A stretch of 64,000 nt of DNA, taken from Bacteroidales bacterium UBA5833. Lineage in GTDB: Bacteria > Bacteroidota > Bacteroidia > Bacteroidales > Lentimicrobiaceae. Position numbers and translations under genes: made by a program. The stretch spans positions 2,393-66,392 of the forward strand of contig DJGZ01000051.1 of NCBI GenBank assembly GCA_002433025.1. Direction: 5' to 3'. Each line of letters begins with the position of its first letter. The stretch's first letter is position 1. Shown here one piece after another: positions 18,728 through 27,845 of this stretch. The notes beneath the pieces are model-generated. The model worked only from the letters and a program-made list of their open reading frames with translations, searched no databases and had not been told where the DNA came from.

Positions 18728-18851
18728 ACGTTCACCGAACCGATGATTTTCTGTAAAAACAGCTCAGCAAACACAATATAAAGCTGCCTGAAGCCGGCCA
18801 GCCGAAGGAGACAAAATTACGAATAAAATGGATAGCGGAGATGTCCCGGTT

Positions 18852-19274
18852 TCAGGCGAAAAGAGCCAGGCATTCTTCTTCCTTGCTGCGCATCAGGGTG
18901 GCTTCCTTCCGGGTTTTATCCTTGTATCCGCATAAATGCAGAATGCCGTGTATCATAACGCGGTTCAACTCCTCAGAAAATGTTTTCCCATACAGGGCGG
19001 CGTTCTCTTTTACCCGCGGTATGCTGATAAACACATCACCCGAAATGGTATCCCCGGCTGAATAGTCAAACGTGATTACATCCGTTAACGTATCGTGATG
19101 CAGGTATTCCACATTCATATTGTACAGGAACTCATCGCTGCAGAAAATGATGCTGACCTCTCCCGCTGTCCTGTTCTGCTGACTGATGCATTTCAACATC
19201 CAGGCCCTGATATGTCTGATCCCCCTGAGCCGGTAGTTTATATCCTCACAATAAAAGTTAATCATGCCCGTCAT
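18852..19274 (-). CDS. ybeY: rRNA maturation endoribonuclease YbeY
   Basis: 140-aa ORF with the HGILHLCGYKD zinc-binding motif. Confidence 0.9.
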   Translation of the reverse strand: MTGMINFYCEDINYRLRGIRHIRAWMLKCISQQNRTAGEVSIIFCSDEFLYNMNVEYLHHDTLTDVITFDYSAGDTISGDVFISIPRVKENAALYGKTFSEELNRVMIHGILHLCGYKDKTRKEATLMRSKEEECLALFA

Positions 19275-19295
19275 TTATGTACTCGTTTGTTTCTG

Positions 19296-19303
19296 CAAAG
19301 GTA
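19296..19303 (-). promoter_or_regulatory. candidate -7 promoter box for ybeY
   Basis: The reverse complement TACCTTTG fits TAnnTTTG and lies 21 nt upstream of the ybeY ATG. Confidence 0.5.
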
Positions 19304-19508
19304 CAATAAGTGCACGGGTTCACATATGCTCCCATCCGGTGTTTTTAAATGCATTTTCTGCATGCTGTGTCAATTGCCTTCCGGAAGATCATTTTTCCGG
19401 GTAAGGAAAATATTTTTCCGGCACCGGAAACCTCTTCACAGGCTTATGCGTATAATAACTGTCTGGAAGTTTACCCTTTTTCAAAACCATAACAAAAATT
19501 ATCCTGAA

Positions 19509-19805
19509 ATGAGAATGAATAAACTGAAAAGGACCGGAGCCGCTGTGCTCTTTTTACTTTTTGCTTTCCTGTTACTCAGCAGTTGTGCCGATGTCACGCC
19601 CATAAAGGAGTGCGTGAAAGATGAACCTTACGGGTTCCTGAGCGGATTATGGCACGGCGTGATCGCTCCGGTTTCATTTATCGGAAGCCTGATCAGTGAT
19701 TCAATCGCCATGTATGCGGTAAACAACAACGGGGGCTGGTATGATTTCGGGTTTGTTCTCGGAGCAGGAATTTTATTTGGCGGAGGCAGCAGGGCAAGCC
19801 GGTGA
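19509..19805 (+). CDS. small lipoprotein with Gly-rich C-terminal helix
   Basis: The track ORF 19095..19805 overlaps ybeY antisense. The plausible start is the ATG at 19509 (MRMNKLKRTGAAVLFLLFAFLLLSSC), which gives a lipobox LSSC. Confidence 0.55.
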   Translation: MRMNKLKRTGAAVLFLLFAFLLLSSCADVTPIKECVKDEPYGFLSGLWHGVIAPVSFIGSLISDSIAMYAVNNNGGWYDFGFVLGAGILFGGGSRASR

Positions 19806-19877
19806 AAAGCCTGATCCGGATATTTCACAAAAAAGCCGGACAATGCCGGCTTTGTGATTTCAATATTCAGGTTGCAT

Positions 19878-22800
19878 TTATTGAACCTGACCCGGTATGG
19901 AAATAAAATATTCGTTTACCTTGTTGCGGTAATAATTCTTAAATGAAGGCGGAATGGTTCGCAACAATTCTGTTTCCCTGGAGGGAAGCCCGATGCTGTC
20001 GAAAAACGATGCAGGATCCGGCCTGGGAATATCCCTGCCTTCATTTGATTCCCGCCTTTCTTCCTGTTCCCGCTGCATTTCTGCTTTTTCAGATTCAAGG
20101 AGACGCGTCAGTATTTCTTCCTGCCTGCGCATGGTTTCCTGGTTGATGATTTTGTTCACCAGTTCCGTCTCCGTCCTTTCCATATCCTGAATCATCTTAT
20201 TCAGGCCTTTATCACTGAGCCTCCCCTCCTTTTGCATCTGATCGCGATACTCCTGAAGTTGTTTTCGCAATGATTCCTGCTCAGCAGCCATCCTGGCCAG
20301 TTGTTCGCTCATGCCACTGCGACCTGTTTTACCCTCTTGTCCTTTGCCCTCCTGCATGCTTTTTTTCATTGCCTCCATCTGCTGGTTTAGTTTTTCCTGC
20401 ATCTGGCGCATCGATTTCATGGAGGGTTTGCCCTGACCCGGCATCGGGCAGCTCTTTCCTGATTTGCCCGAAGATTTCATGGCCATATTCTGCTGCATCT
20501 GCTTAAGCGATTCCGCTAGCATTAAAGCAAGGTTGTTCACAGAGGTCATGGTATACTGCTGCTTGTTAAGTACCGTTGAAACAACCCGGTTGTGAAGGGC
20601 CTCCATGGCCTGGTTGATATTGTCGTTGATCGCTGAAATTTCCCTGTTAACAAAGGATTCTATCATGGATTGGCGTTTGCTGAGGGCAAAAAGTGAATCT
20701 TCAATCATAAGCAGGTTGTCCTTAATGGCTTTTTGCTTTTCAATAATCCCGGCATATTTCGGATCATTGCGTTTCAATTTCGACAGTTCATCCATCACAG
20801 ACTCCTGATCGAATGAAGTTCTGACCAGATTTTCAAGTATGATACGCAACGCTTCGATATCTTCTCCCAGGGCCTCCTCTTCCATTTCCTGCTGCATATC
20901 TGAAAGCATTTCGCCCATCTTTTCCATTTTGTCCGACGCATCTTTCTGCTGGCCCGAAGCCTGTTTCATCTGTTTTTTTTCAAGGCTCTCTTCCGACTGA
21001 TCCAGATCCTTCTGAATTTCCTGTTGCTTGCCTTCCGGATTTGAAAAGTTATTCGGTTCTTCTAGCGATTTATTCTTTTCCTGCAGATCTTTCAGATCCT
21101 CCCTGATTTTATCAAATTTTTCACTGATTTTCTTTTGTTCTTCACCCAATTGGTCTGAGTCCTTTTTATCTGCAGCCCCGGTCTCTTCTGACAGTTTTTT
21201 CTGTTCACCGGCCAACGCCTTTAGTTTGTCAATGGTTTCTGTCAGTTTCTTATCAAACTCAAGCTGTTTGAATAACTCAAGATTCCTGTCGAGATTCTTC
21301 TCAAGATCTTCCGTACTGAACTTTAACTTATCCATTACCTCATTCAGCTTGTTTTTATCCAGGTTATCCATCATTTGCTGAAGCTCTTCAAATAACTTCT
21401 TCATCTCATCCGTCATGATCTCTTCAAAGAGTTTCTCCAGCTGCTGCTGTTTCTCAAGAATATTTTCATTTACATCCTTGTACTGCGATTCTTTCTGATT
21501 CGACTTTTCGTATTGCTCTTTCATCTGCTCTACCTGCTTCTGAAGGTTTTTCTGACGGTCGAGCAGGTCCTGAATCTGCTTTTTCTCCTGATAATTCAGG
21601 TTTTTTTTATCGAAAAGGTTCTTATTGAGACTTTCTATTTCCTTCTGAATGGATCTTGCTTCGTCCAGACTCTTCTCAAGTTCGCTCTTCACATTCTCCT
21701 GATTCTTTTTTACCATTTCCTCTATTTCCTGCAATGAAGGAATCCGGAAACTCATCTTATGGGATCTGGTGGATTTGTTTCCGTTCACCCCGTCATTGTC
21801 CCAAACCTGAAAATAGTATTCAGCCTCATCGCCGGGAACAAGCCCGGCAGTAGAAAGGTCAAAATAATGATAGAACGCCTGCTGTACATTCTGCTTGTCA
21901 ATCGGTACCGTTACCGAAGTTTCCGCTGAATTTGTGCCTTCTCCGGTTTTTCTGGACAACCTGAATTCAAGTCTGCTGAATCCATAGTCATCCTTGATCA
22001 AGCCCCTGAAATACAATCTGTTATCGTAAATGGTATCCCTGTATTCTTCAACATTGATAACAGGGTAAACATCAGGTATTACATTGATAAAGAATGACAT
22101 AGAGTCTGATCCGGTCATAAATTCATTTTCAACGCTTACACCGTAATCAACCGGGTTCATTAATCTGGCTTTAGTAGTAAATACATTATTCTTATCCGTT
22201 TGGAGTGCCCTGGTTTGTTTACCGAGCCGGAAATTGATAAGCCGGGTATCTCTTGTATAAAATTTCCATGTTACGTTGGTTCCCTGAGGAATGACAATAT
22301 CGCCGGAATTGGAGACGGACTCAGGTTTAATTCCGGTATAAGACGGATAGTCCAGTTCCAGATTAAAATTCAGGATGGTAGGCCTTGGAAGAACAAGCAG
22401 TTCATATTCTGATGATTGGTAACCTCCGGCAAGAAAGCGGAAGTACTGGTTTTTCTGAAGCTTCTTAAAGGTGAAAGAATATTCCAGTTTTGATTCCTGC
22501 TGCATCCTGAATTCGCTTCCTTCAGATACCAGATAAACCTGATCGGGAATCTCTTCTCCTTTCACCGTAACCCTTAGTACAAAATCTTCCTGTTGTATGG
22601 CGGTTAAGGTTTCATTTTCAATGTGAAGCGTGAATGGAAGCGGTTTTGCAAAGGTTTCGCCGTACCTGATCAGACGTTTGCCCGGCTCTGTGATGCTGGA
22701 TGGGGCAAGCATCAGGATGGCCAGCAAAATTATTACGGGTGGCAGGGCATAAGGGAGGTACCTTTTGTTTTTGCTCAGGTCGATGGCTGAGAGAAAGGGC

Positions 22801-23228
22801 AAAGGCCGGAGTTGTGCGGCCTTCTGATTTATCCCGGCGAGGATCAGTTCATCGGGGGCAGGGCTTGCCTGGGCGAGCTTATGCAATTGCAGGGTATTCA
22901 GCAGGCTGTCTTTCACTTCCGAAAAGTGTTTGCCGATGATTTCTGCAGCAAGTTCGTGAGAGATGCGTTTGCCCGCCTTGTTGAGCTTCAGTAGCGGAAC
23001 CGCGACATACCTGCCCAGGATAAATACCGCCCCGGCCAGATAGCTGTAAAACAGCACGGTTCTTACCGGGGGTGAAAACCAGGCAAAGGATTCGAGCAGG
23101 GCAATGATCAGGAAAAATGATCCAAGCAAGGCAATGCTGTATAGCAATCCCTTGATTAACTGATTTTTGTAATACTTTCTGATGAAAGCATCCAGTTTAT
23201 CAATGAGTATGTTATAGTGATCGTTCAT
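19878..23228 (-). CDS. 1116-aa membrane-anchored protein with a giant charged coiled coil (DUF4175-like, tentative)
   Basis: N-terminal TM helices, a beta-rich segment of about 330 aa, then about 400 aa of K/E/Q-rich heptad-like sequence and an M/Q/K-rich tail. The family name is from memory only. Confidence 0.6.
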   Translation of the reverse strand: MNDHYNILIDKLDAFIRKYYKNQLIKGLLYSIALLGSFFLIIALLESFAWFSPPVRTVLFYSYLAGAVFILGRYVAVPLLKLNKAGKRISHELAAEIIGKHFSEVKDSLLNTLQLHKLAQASPAPDELILAGINQKAAQLRPLPFLSAIDLSKNKRYLPYALPPVIILLAILMLAPSSITEPGKRLIRYGETFAKPLPFTLHIENETLTAIQQEDFVLRVTVKGEEIPDQVYLVSEGSEFRMQQESKLEYSFTFKKLQKNQYFRFLAGGYQSSEYELLVLPRPTILNFNLELDYPSYTGIKPESVSNSGDIVIPQGTNVTWKFYTRDTRLINFRLGKQTRALQTDKNNVFTTKARLMNPVDYGVSVENEFMTGSDSMSFFINVIPDVYPVINVEEYRDTIYDNRLYFRGLIKDDYGFSRLEFRLSRKTGEGTNSAETSVTVPIDKQNVQQAFYHYFDLSTAGLVPGDEAEYYFQVWDNDGVNGNKSTRSHKMSFRIPSLQEIEEMVKKNQENVKSELEKSLDEARSIQKEIESLNKNLFDKKNLNYQEKKQIQDLLDRQKNLQKQVEQMKEQYEKSNQKESQYKDVNENILEKQQQLEKLFEEIMTDEMKKLFEELQQMMDNLDKNKLNEVMDKLKFSTEDLEKNLDRNLELFKQLEFDKKLTETIDKLKALAGEQKKLSEETGAADKKDSDQLGEEQKKISEKFDKIREDLKDLQEKNKSLEEPNNFSNPEGKQQEIQKDLDQSEESLEKKQMKQASGQQKDASDKMEKMGEMLSDMQQEMEEEALGEDIEALRIILENLVRTSFDQESVMDELSKLKRNDPKYAGIIEKQKAIKDNLLMIEDSLFALSKRQSMIESFVNREISAINDNINQAMEALHNRVVSTVLNKQQYTMTSVNNLALMLAESLKQMQQNMAMKSSGKSGKSCPMPGQGKPSMKSMRQMQEKLNQQMEAMKKSMQEGKGQEGKTGRSGMSEQLARMAAEQESLRKQLQEYRDQMQKEGRLSDKGLNKMIQDMERTETELVNKIINQETMRRQEEILTRLLESEKAEMQREQEERRESNEGRDIPRPDPASFFDSIGLPSRETELLRTIPPSFKNYYRNKVNEYFISIPGQVQ

Positions 23229-23303
23229 GGGTTTCTGGCAGATTTCGTCCGGCCGGGCATATTATGTATAACGCTGCCCGCAGCGGGATGTTTTTCTCCG
23301 TTA

Positions 23304-23311
23304 CAAAAGTA
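23304..23311 (-). promoter_or_regulatory. candidate -7 promoter box for the 1116-aa gene
   Basis: The reverse complement TACTTTTG fits TAnnTTTG and lies 75 nt upstream of the ATG at 23228. Confidence 0.45.
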
Positions 23312-23373
23312 AGGATTCGGTCTGTTGAAAATCAATCTTATCCGTTGGTAATCTGAAACCGGGATGCCCGGAT

Positions 23374-25515
23374 TTATTTTGCATCGTAAACCTCTATCCC
23401 GCTCCAGTCGTCGGGAATACCTTTCTGAATATTGGTACGGCAACGGTTTACATAAAAAGCAGCCACCGAATCCTGCTGATTGATTTTAACGATTTCGCTG
23501 AATACTTCGAGTGCCTCTTCAAATTTCCTGTTTTTATAGAGGTCTATGCCCTTGCCAAATAGAGATTTGGTCTCTATTTTCAGTGCTTTTACCTCTTCGG
23601 GATCACCGTCCAGCACTTCAAAAACATATACCGCTTCTTTTTTGCCTTTCACCCTGGCAACATCAAGAAAGCGGAAGTTGTATTTACCGGGATTTTCGAG
23701 TTTGATCAGGGTATCTTCACTGATAATGATCGAGGTATGATAAATTTTGGTCAGACCTTCAAGCCGTGAAGCCAGGTTAACGGCATCCGAGATCACGGTT
23801 CCGTCCATTCTCCCCTCGCCTCCAACCACGCCAAGCATAAGGTTTCCGGTGTGAATTCCAATGCCTGAATCTACGGTGGGTTTACCCTGATCGATGCGGT
23901 CGAGGTTGAAACGGGCCAGCGTCTGCCGCATTTCAATGGCCGCATCTATGGCATCATCAACCTTATCGTGGAACAACGCCATAATCGAGTCACCGATGAA
24001 TTTGTCAATAAATCCGTTGTTCTGCCTGATAACAGGTTCCATGTAACCCAGGTAATGATTGATAAAATCAAAATTCTCCTTAGGCGACATTTCTTCCGAT
24101 ATCTCGGTAAAACCGCGGATATCAGAAAACAGCACCGACATTTCCTTTTGAACCTGATCGCCCAGCTGAATATCCACAAAATCCTGTTTGCCCAGAAATT
24201 CAAGGAACTGATTGGGAACAAAGCGGGAGTAAGCCTCATTCATCCTTGATATCCTGAAAATATACTCACGCAGCCGCGAAGTCATCTGATTGTAGCCCTC
24301 CGACATCACTCCGATTTCATCATTGGTGCGGACGATCGTATAATTGTCGAGCATCCCCTCCCCCGTTTTTTGCATACTGTTTACCAGTTCATTCACCGGT
24401 CTCACGATATCGGCGGTTGACCAGTTCACAAAAAAGAGGATATAGATAAATGAAACCAGGATACCGCTGAAGATTCCGATAAACATCAGGGCATTGTCTA
24501 AAGCGCTGATATAGTAGAATCCTTTTAAATCCTCATTATTCTGCAGTTCAAAATCAGGGCCCATAAAGTCAACCAGCCGGCCAAGCATAATGCGCATTTC
24601 CGAAGCGCTGACTTCGCCCATCTCTCTGATGGGCGTCAGGCTCAGGATAAGATAAAGGAGTACAATTGTAAGCGGCAGCAAAGTAGTCATTGCGCTGGCG
24701 ATATAGAGCCTGTTACGGATTTTTCCCGGATTCTTCCCGAAAATCCTTTTCTGAAGCTCTTCCCGTGTGTATATATACTCAATATATTTTATATGAACAC
24801 GGTGTTTCTGCCAGAAATAGATAAAAAGCACCGTAAGCAGTGATGCCACCAATGAAATAAACAGGTAGTTCGAAAACATTCTCCGGCTGATCGGGTCATT
24901 CAGCATTTCGGGGGTTTGCAACTGGTAAATCATAAGACCGTGAACAATGCTGAAAGCAAGCAAAACGATCCCTGAATTGATCAGTGGCGTATAGAGTAAA
25001 AACCGCCGGCAGTAGCGGTAAAGTTTAGGTGATATCCTCCGTCCTTTGCGTTTCCGGTTAAAGTAACGCCGGAAAGGAATGTTGATGGCAAACCCGGTAA
25101 TGGTGCTGAACAGGATTACAATTTTGAACAGGGAGGAAAAAGTATCTGAAAAAGCCGATGAGGTATTGTTTCCGGGTGAATTACCCACCTGAATGTTAAT
25201 TCCGCCTGACTTCTTTTCCCTGTTTGGGCTGTCCGCATCAGCGGAAATATTTTCATCAGGGGGAATATCCCGGTCATAGATATTTTTCCGTGCCGAAAAT
25301 GCTTCAGCCTCCAGGGCAAGAGTATCTGCAGTCAACTGTGAAACATTCAGTGAATCTGTTTCCTGCATATTTCTGAAAACGCCCTTTTCGGTGAGTTGCG
25401 GAAAGCTTTTAAGCAGCATAAATACCAGCATCGGGAATACCAGCATGAAGTACAGCAGTATGGGAAATAAGAAGACCCTGCCGATACGGTATTTCGGAAC
25501 CCTGGATTTTGCCAT
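23374..25515 (-). CDS. membrane-bound class III adenylate/guanylate cyclase with HAMP-like linker and TPR-like tail
   Basis: 713-aa ORF with N-terminal TM segments and cyclase core motifs VLFSDIRGFT, KFIGDSIMALF and GTVISDAVNLASRLE. Confidence 0.85.
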   Translation of the reverse strand: MAKSRVPKYRIGRVFLFPILLYFMLVFPMLVFMLLKSFPQLTEKGVFRNMQETDSLNVSQLTADTLALEAEAFSARKNIYDRDIPPDENISADADSPNREKKSGGINIQVGNSPGNNTSSAFSDTFSSLFKIVILFSTITGFAINIPFRRYFNRKRKGRRISPKLYRYCRRFLLYTPLINSGIVLLAFSIVHGLMIYQLQTPEMLNDPISRRMFSNYLFISLVASLLTVLFIYFWQKHRVHIKYIEYIYTREELQKRIFGKNPGKIRNRLYIASAMTTLLPLTIVLLYLILSLTPIREMGEVSASEMRIMLGRLVDFMGPDFELQNNEDLKGFYYISALDNALMFIGIFSGILVSFIYILFFVNWSTADIVRPVNELVNSMQKTGEGMLDNYTIVRTNDEIGVMSEGYNQMTSRLREYIFRISRMNEAYSRFVPNQFLEFLGKQDFVDIQLGDQVQKEMSVLFSDIRGFTEISEEMSPKENFDFINHYLGYMEPVIRQNNGFIDKFIGDSIMALFHDKVDDAIDAAIEMRQTLARFNLDRIDQGKPTVDSGIGIHTGNLMLGVVGGEGRMDGTVISDAVNLASRLEGLTKIYHTSIIISEDTLIKLENPGKYNFRFLDVARVKGKKEAVYVFEVLDGDPEEVKALKIETKSLFGKGIDLYKNRKFEEALEVFSEIVKINQQDSVAAFYVNRCRTNIQKGIPDDWSGIEVYDAK

Positions 25516-25578
25516 TGAATTTTTGCCTGAATTTCAGGAAACCTTATTGGTAATATTGGTTTAACGCTTAGGGAAATA

Positions 25579-25586
25579 CAAAGTTA
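25579..25586 (-). promoter_or_regulatory. candidate -7 promoter box for the cyclase gene
   Basis: The reverse complement TAACTTTG fits TAnnTTTG and lies 63 nt upstream of the ATG at 25515. Confidence 0.4.
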
Positions 25587-25693
25587 CATTAAAAAATGTC
25601 AATAATATGTTAATATTTTTTAAACAAACATTATTGAAATTTCAGGCAGGTCTTCGGATGAAGCCTGTTGTAAAACCGAAAGAGCCGATTCCC

Positions 25694-25701
25694 TATCTTT
25701 G
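25694..25701 (+). promoter_or_regulatory. candidate -7 promoter box for gltX
   Basis: TATCTTTG fits TAnnTTTG and lies 20 nt upstream of the gltX ATG. Confidence 0.55.
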
Positions 25702-25721
25702 CAGCTCATAAAAAATCTGTA

Positions 25722-27239
25722 ATGAAAGAAGTAAGAGTTAGGTTTGCCCCAAGCCCGACCGGTCCGCTGCACATCGGTGGCGTGCGTACTGCTTTGTATA
25801 ACTATCTGTTTGCCAGAAAACATCATGGAAAGTTTCTGCTGCGCATAGAGGATACCGATCAGACCCGTTATGTTCCCGGAGCGGAAGATTATATTATTGA
25901 ATCGCTGAAATGGTGCGGGATTACTTACGATGAAGGCGTAGGAATTGGCGGCCCCCATTCACCTTATCGTCAGAGCGAACGAAAGGAATTATATCGTCAG
26001 TATGCCGATCAGCTGGTAAAGGAAGGTCATGCCTACTACGCGTTCGACACACCCGAGGCCCTCGAGGAGATGCGCGAAAGGCTGAAAGCCCGGGGCGTGG
26101 CTACTCCGCAATACGATGCTTTTACCCGGCTGGATATGACCAACTCTCTTACCCTGAGCGAGGAGGAATGCCTGAAACGGATAGCTTCAGGCGAACAATA
26201 TGTTATCAGGATTCTTATTCCCGCCGATGAGGAGATTCTGGTGAATGACCTGATCCGGGGCGAAGTAAGCGTTCACTCTTCCCGCCTCGACGATAAGGTG
26301 TTGTTCAAATCTGATGGCATGCCCACCTATCACCTGGCCAATATCGTCGACGATCACCTGATGGAAATTACCCACGTGATCAGGGGCGAGGAGTGGCTGC
26401 CATCGGCGCCGCTGCATGTGCTTTTATACAAATATCTCGGGTGGGTACCCCCGCAGTTTGCGCACCTTCCGCTACTGCTCAAGCCCGACGGCAACGGTAA
26501 GCTGAGCAAGCGCGACGGCGACCGCCTCGGATTCCCGGTATTCCCGCTGCGCTGGACCGACCCCGTAAGCGGAGAAGTTTCGTCAGGATACCGTGAATCG
26601 GGCTACCTGCCGCAGGCTTTTATCAATATGCTGGCCCTGCTGGGATGGAATCCCGGTACCGAGCAGGAGGTGTTCAGCATGGATGAACTGGTGGAACTGT
26701 TCTCCATCGAAAGGGTCGGGAAATCGGGATCCAAATTCGATCCCGAAAAGGCAAAATGGTTCAACCACCATTACCTCTCTGCACTTGATAATGCAAATGT
26801 GGCAGCCCTGCTCGGAAATTTGCTCGAAGAAAAAGGGCTTGATGCATCACAGGAGTATATTCAGGAAGTTGTAGCCCTTACAAAGGAAAGAGCTGTACTT
26901 ATTCCCGACCTTTATGAACAGTCGTGGTTCTTCTTCTCGGCACCTGATACGTACGACGAAAAAGTGGTTCAGAAATTCTGGAAACCCGAAACCCCTGCCC
27001 TTCTTAAAAATCTGGCAGACCTTCTGAAACAAACCGTTGATTTCTCAGCGGAAAGCCTGGAGACGTCGATCAAAGCCTTTATTCATGATAGTGGTCTCGG
27101 TATGGGTCAGGTAATGAATACCCTCCGTCTGGTGCTTGTTGGCGGAAGCTTCGGACCAGGTGTTGCGGCCATTATTGCCACCCTTGGCAGGGAGGAAACC
27201 CTGAAACGGATTTCCAGGGCTGCGGAAATTATTCAGTAG
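25722..27239 (+). CDS. gltX: glutamate--tRNA ligase
   Basis: 505-aa ORF with class I motifs PTGPLHIGGVR (HIGH) and KLSKR (KMSKS). Confidence 0.95.
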   Translation: MKEVRVRFAPSPTGPLHIGGVRTALYNYLFARKHHGKFLLRIEDTDQTRYVPGAEDYIIESLKWCGITYDEGVGIGGPHSPYRQSERKELYRQYADQLVKEGHAYYAFDTPEALEEMRERLKARGVATPQYDAFTRLDMTNSLTLSEEECLKRIASGEQYVIRILIPADEEILVNDLIRGEVSVHSSRLDDKVLFKSDGMPTYHLANIVDDHLMEITHVIRGEEWLPSAPLHVLLYKYLGWVPPQFAHLPLLLKPDGNGKLSKRDGDRLGFPVFPLRWTDPVSGEVSSGYRESGYLPQAFINMLALLGWNPGTEQEVFSMDELVELFSIERVGKSGSKFDPEKAKWFNHHYLSALDNANVAALLGNLLEEKGLDASQEYIQEVVALTKERAVLIPDLYEQSWFFFSAPDTYDEKVVQKFWKPETPALLKNLADLLKQTVDFSAESLETSIKAFIHDSGLGMGQVMNTLRLVLVGGSFGPGVAAIIATLGREETLKRISRAAEIIQ

Positions 27240-27277
27240 AACAGGAATAACAGTTGTTTTAAAATATTTAAGTTGCC

Positions 27278-27790
27278 GTGAACGGAGATCCGCTGCTTTA
27301 TCAGAAACTGGATGAACTGGGTATTCCCTTCGAATATCACGAGCACCCCCCGGCGCCTACCATTGAAATCGCGGTACAGTACTGGAAGGATATAGAGGAA
27401 ACCTCCCACTGCAAGAATCTTTTTTTCAGGAATCACAAAGGAAACCGGCATTACCTGGTGATAGTTGATCACCGCCGCTCACTGGCCATTCACGATCTGG
27501 AAAAGAGGCTGAAACAGGGTAAACTGAGTTTTGCCTCCGGGGAGCGCATGCAACGTTACCTGGGGCTGAACCCAGGCTCGGTTTCTCCGTTCGGGCTCAT
27601 TCACGATCCCGCTCAGCATGTGTATCTGTTTCTGGATAAAAACCTGAAAAATCTGCCGAAAATCAGTTTTCACCCGAACGATAATACTGCATCCCTGGTA
27701 ATCCGGTTCAGCGATTTTCTGCGATTTCTGGATCATTGCGGCAACGGATACGAGTTTATAGAACTCTATTCGCCGGAGGATGTGATGTAA
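27278..27790 (+). CDS. YbaK/ProX-type aminoacyl-tRNA editing domain protein (prolyl-tRNA synthetase associated domain)
   Basis: 170-aa ORF with a GTG start. CKNLFFRN, LSFASGERMQRYLGLNPGSVSPFGL and FHPNDNTAS match the free-standing YbaK-like family. Confidence 0.75.
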   Translation: MNGDPLLYQKLDELGIPFEYHEHPPAPTIEIAVQYWKDIEETSHCKNLFFRNHKGNRHYLVIVDHRRSLAIHDLEKRLKQGKLSFASGERMQRYLGLNPGSVSPFGLIHDPAQHVYLFLDKNLKNLPKISFHPNDNTASLVIRFSDFLRFLDHCGNGYEFIELYSPEDVM

Positions 27791-27845
27791 GGGACGAAGC
27801 CGGGCAGGAAGGCATTGTCCGTGGCTGCCGAACAAACAGTAACAG

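Noticed and set aside
18705-18851. An oriC directly upstream of mnmG, as in the E. coli gidA-oriC arrangement.
   Set aside because: The spacer is only 147 bp, is not especially AT-rich, and contains the parS site but no DnaA-box-like 9-mers that I could find.
19095-19508. Long N-terminal extensions offered by the ORF track (19095 for the lipoprotein, 41221 for def, 53451 for the DUF3108-like gene, 37491 for mntP, 4662 for the membrane protein).
   Set aside because: The extensions overlap neighbouring genes or contain the gene's own TAnnTTTG box. They precede obvious signal peptides or first TM helices, so internal starts are more plausible.
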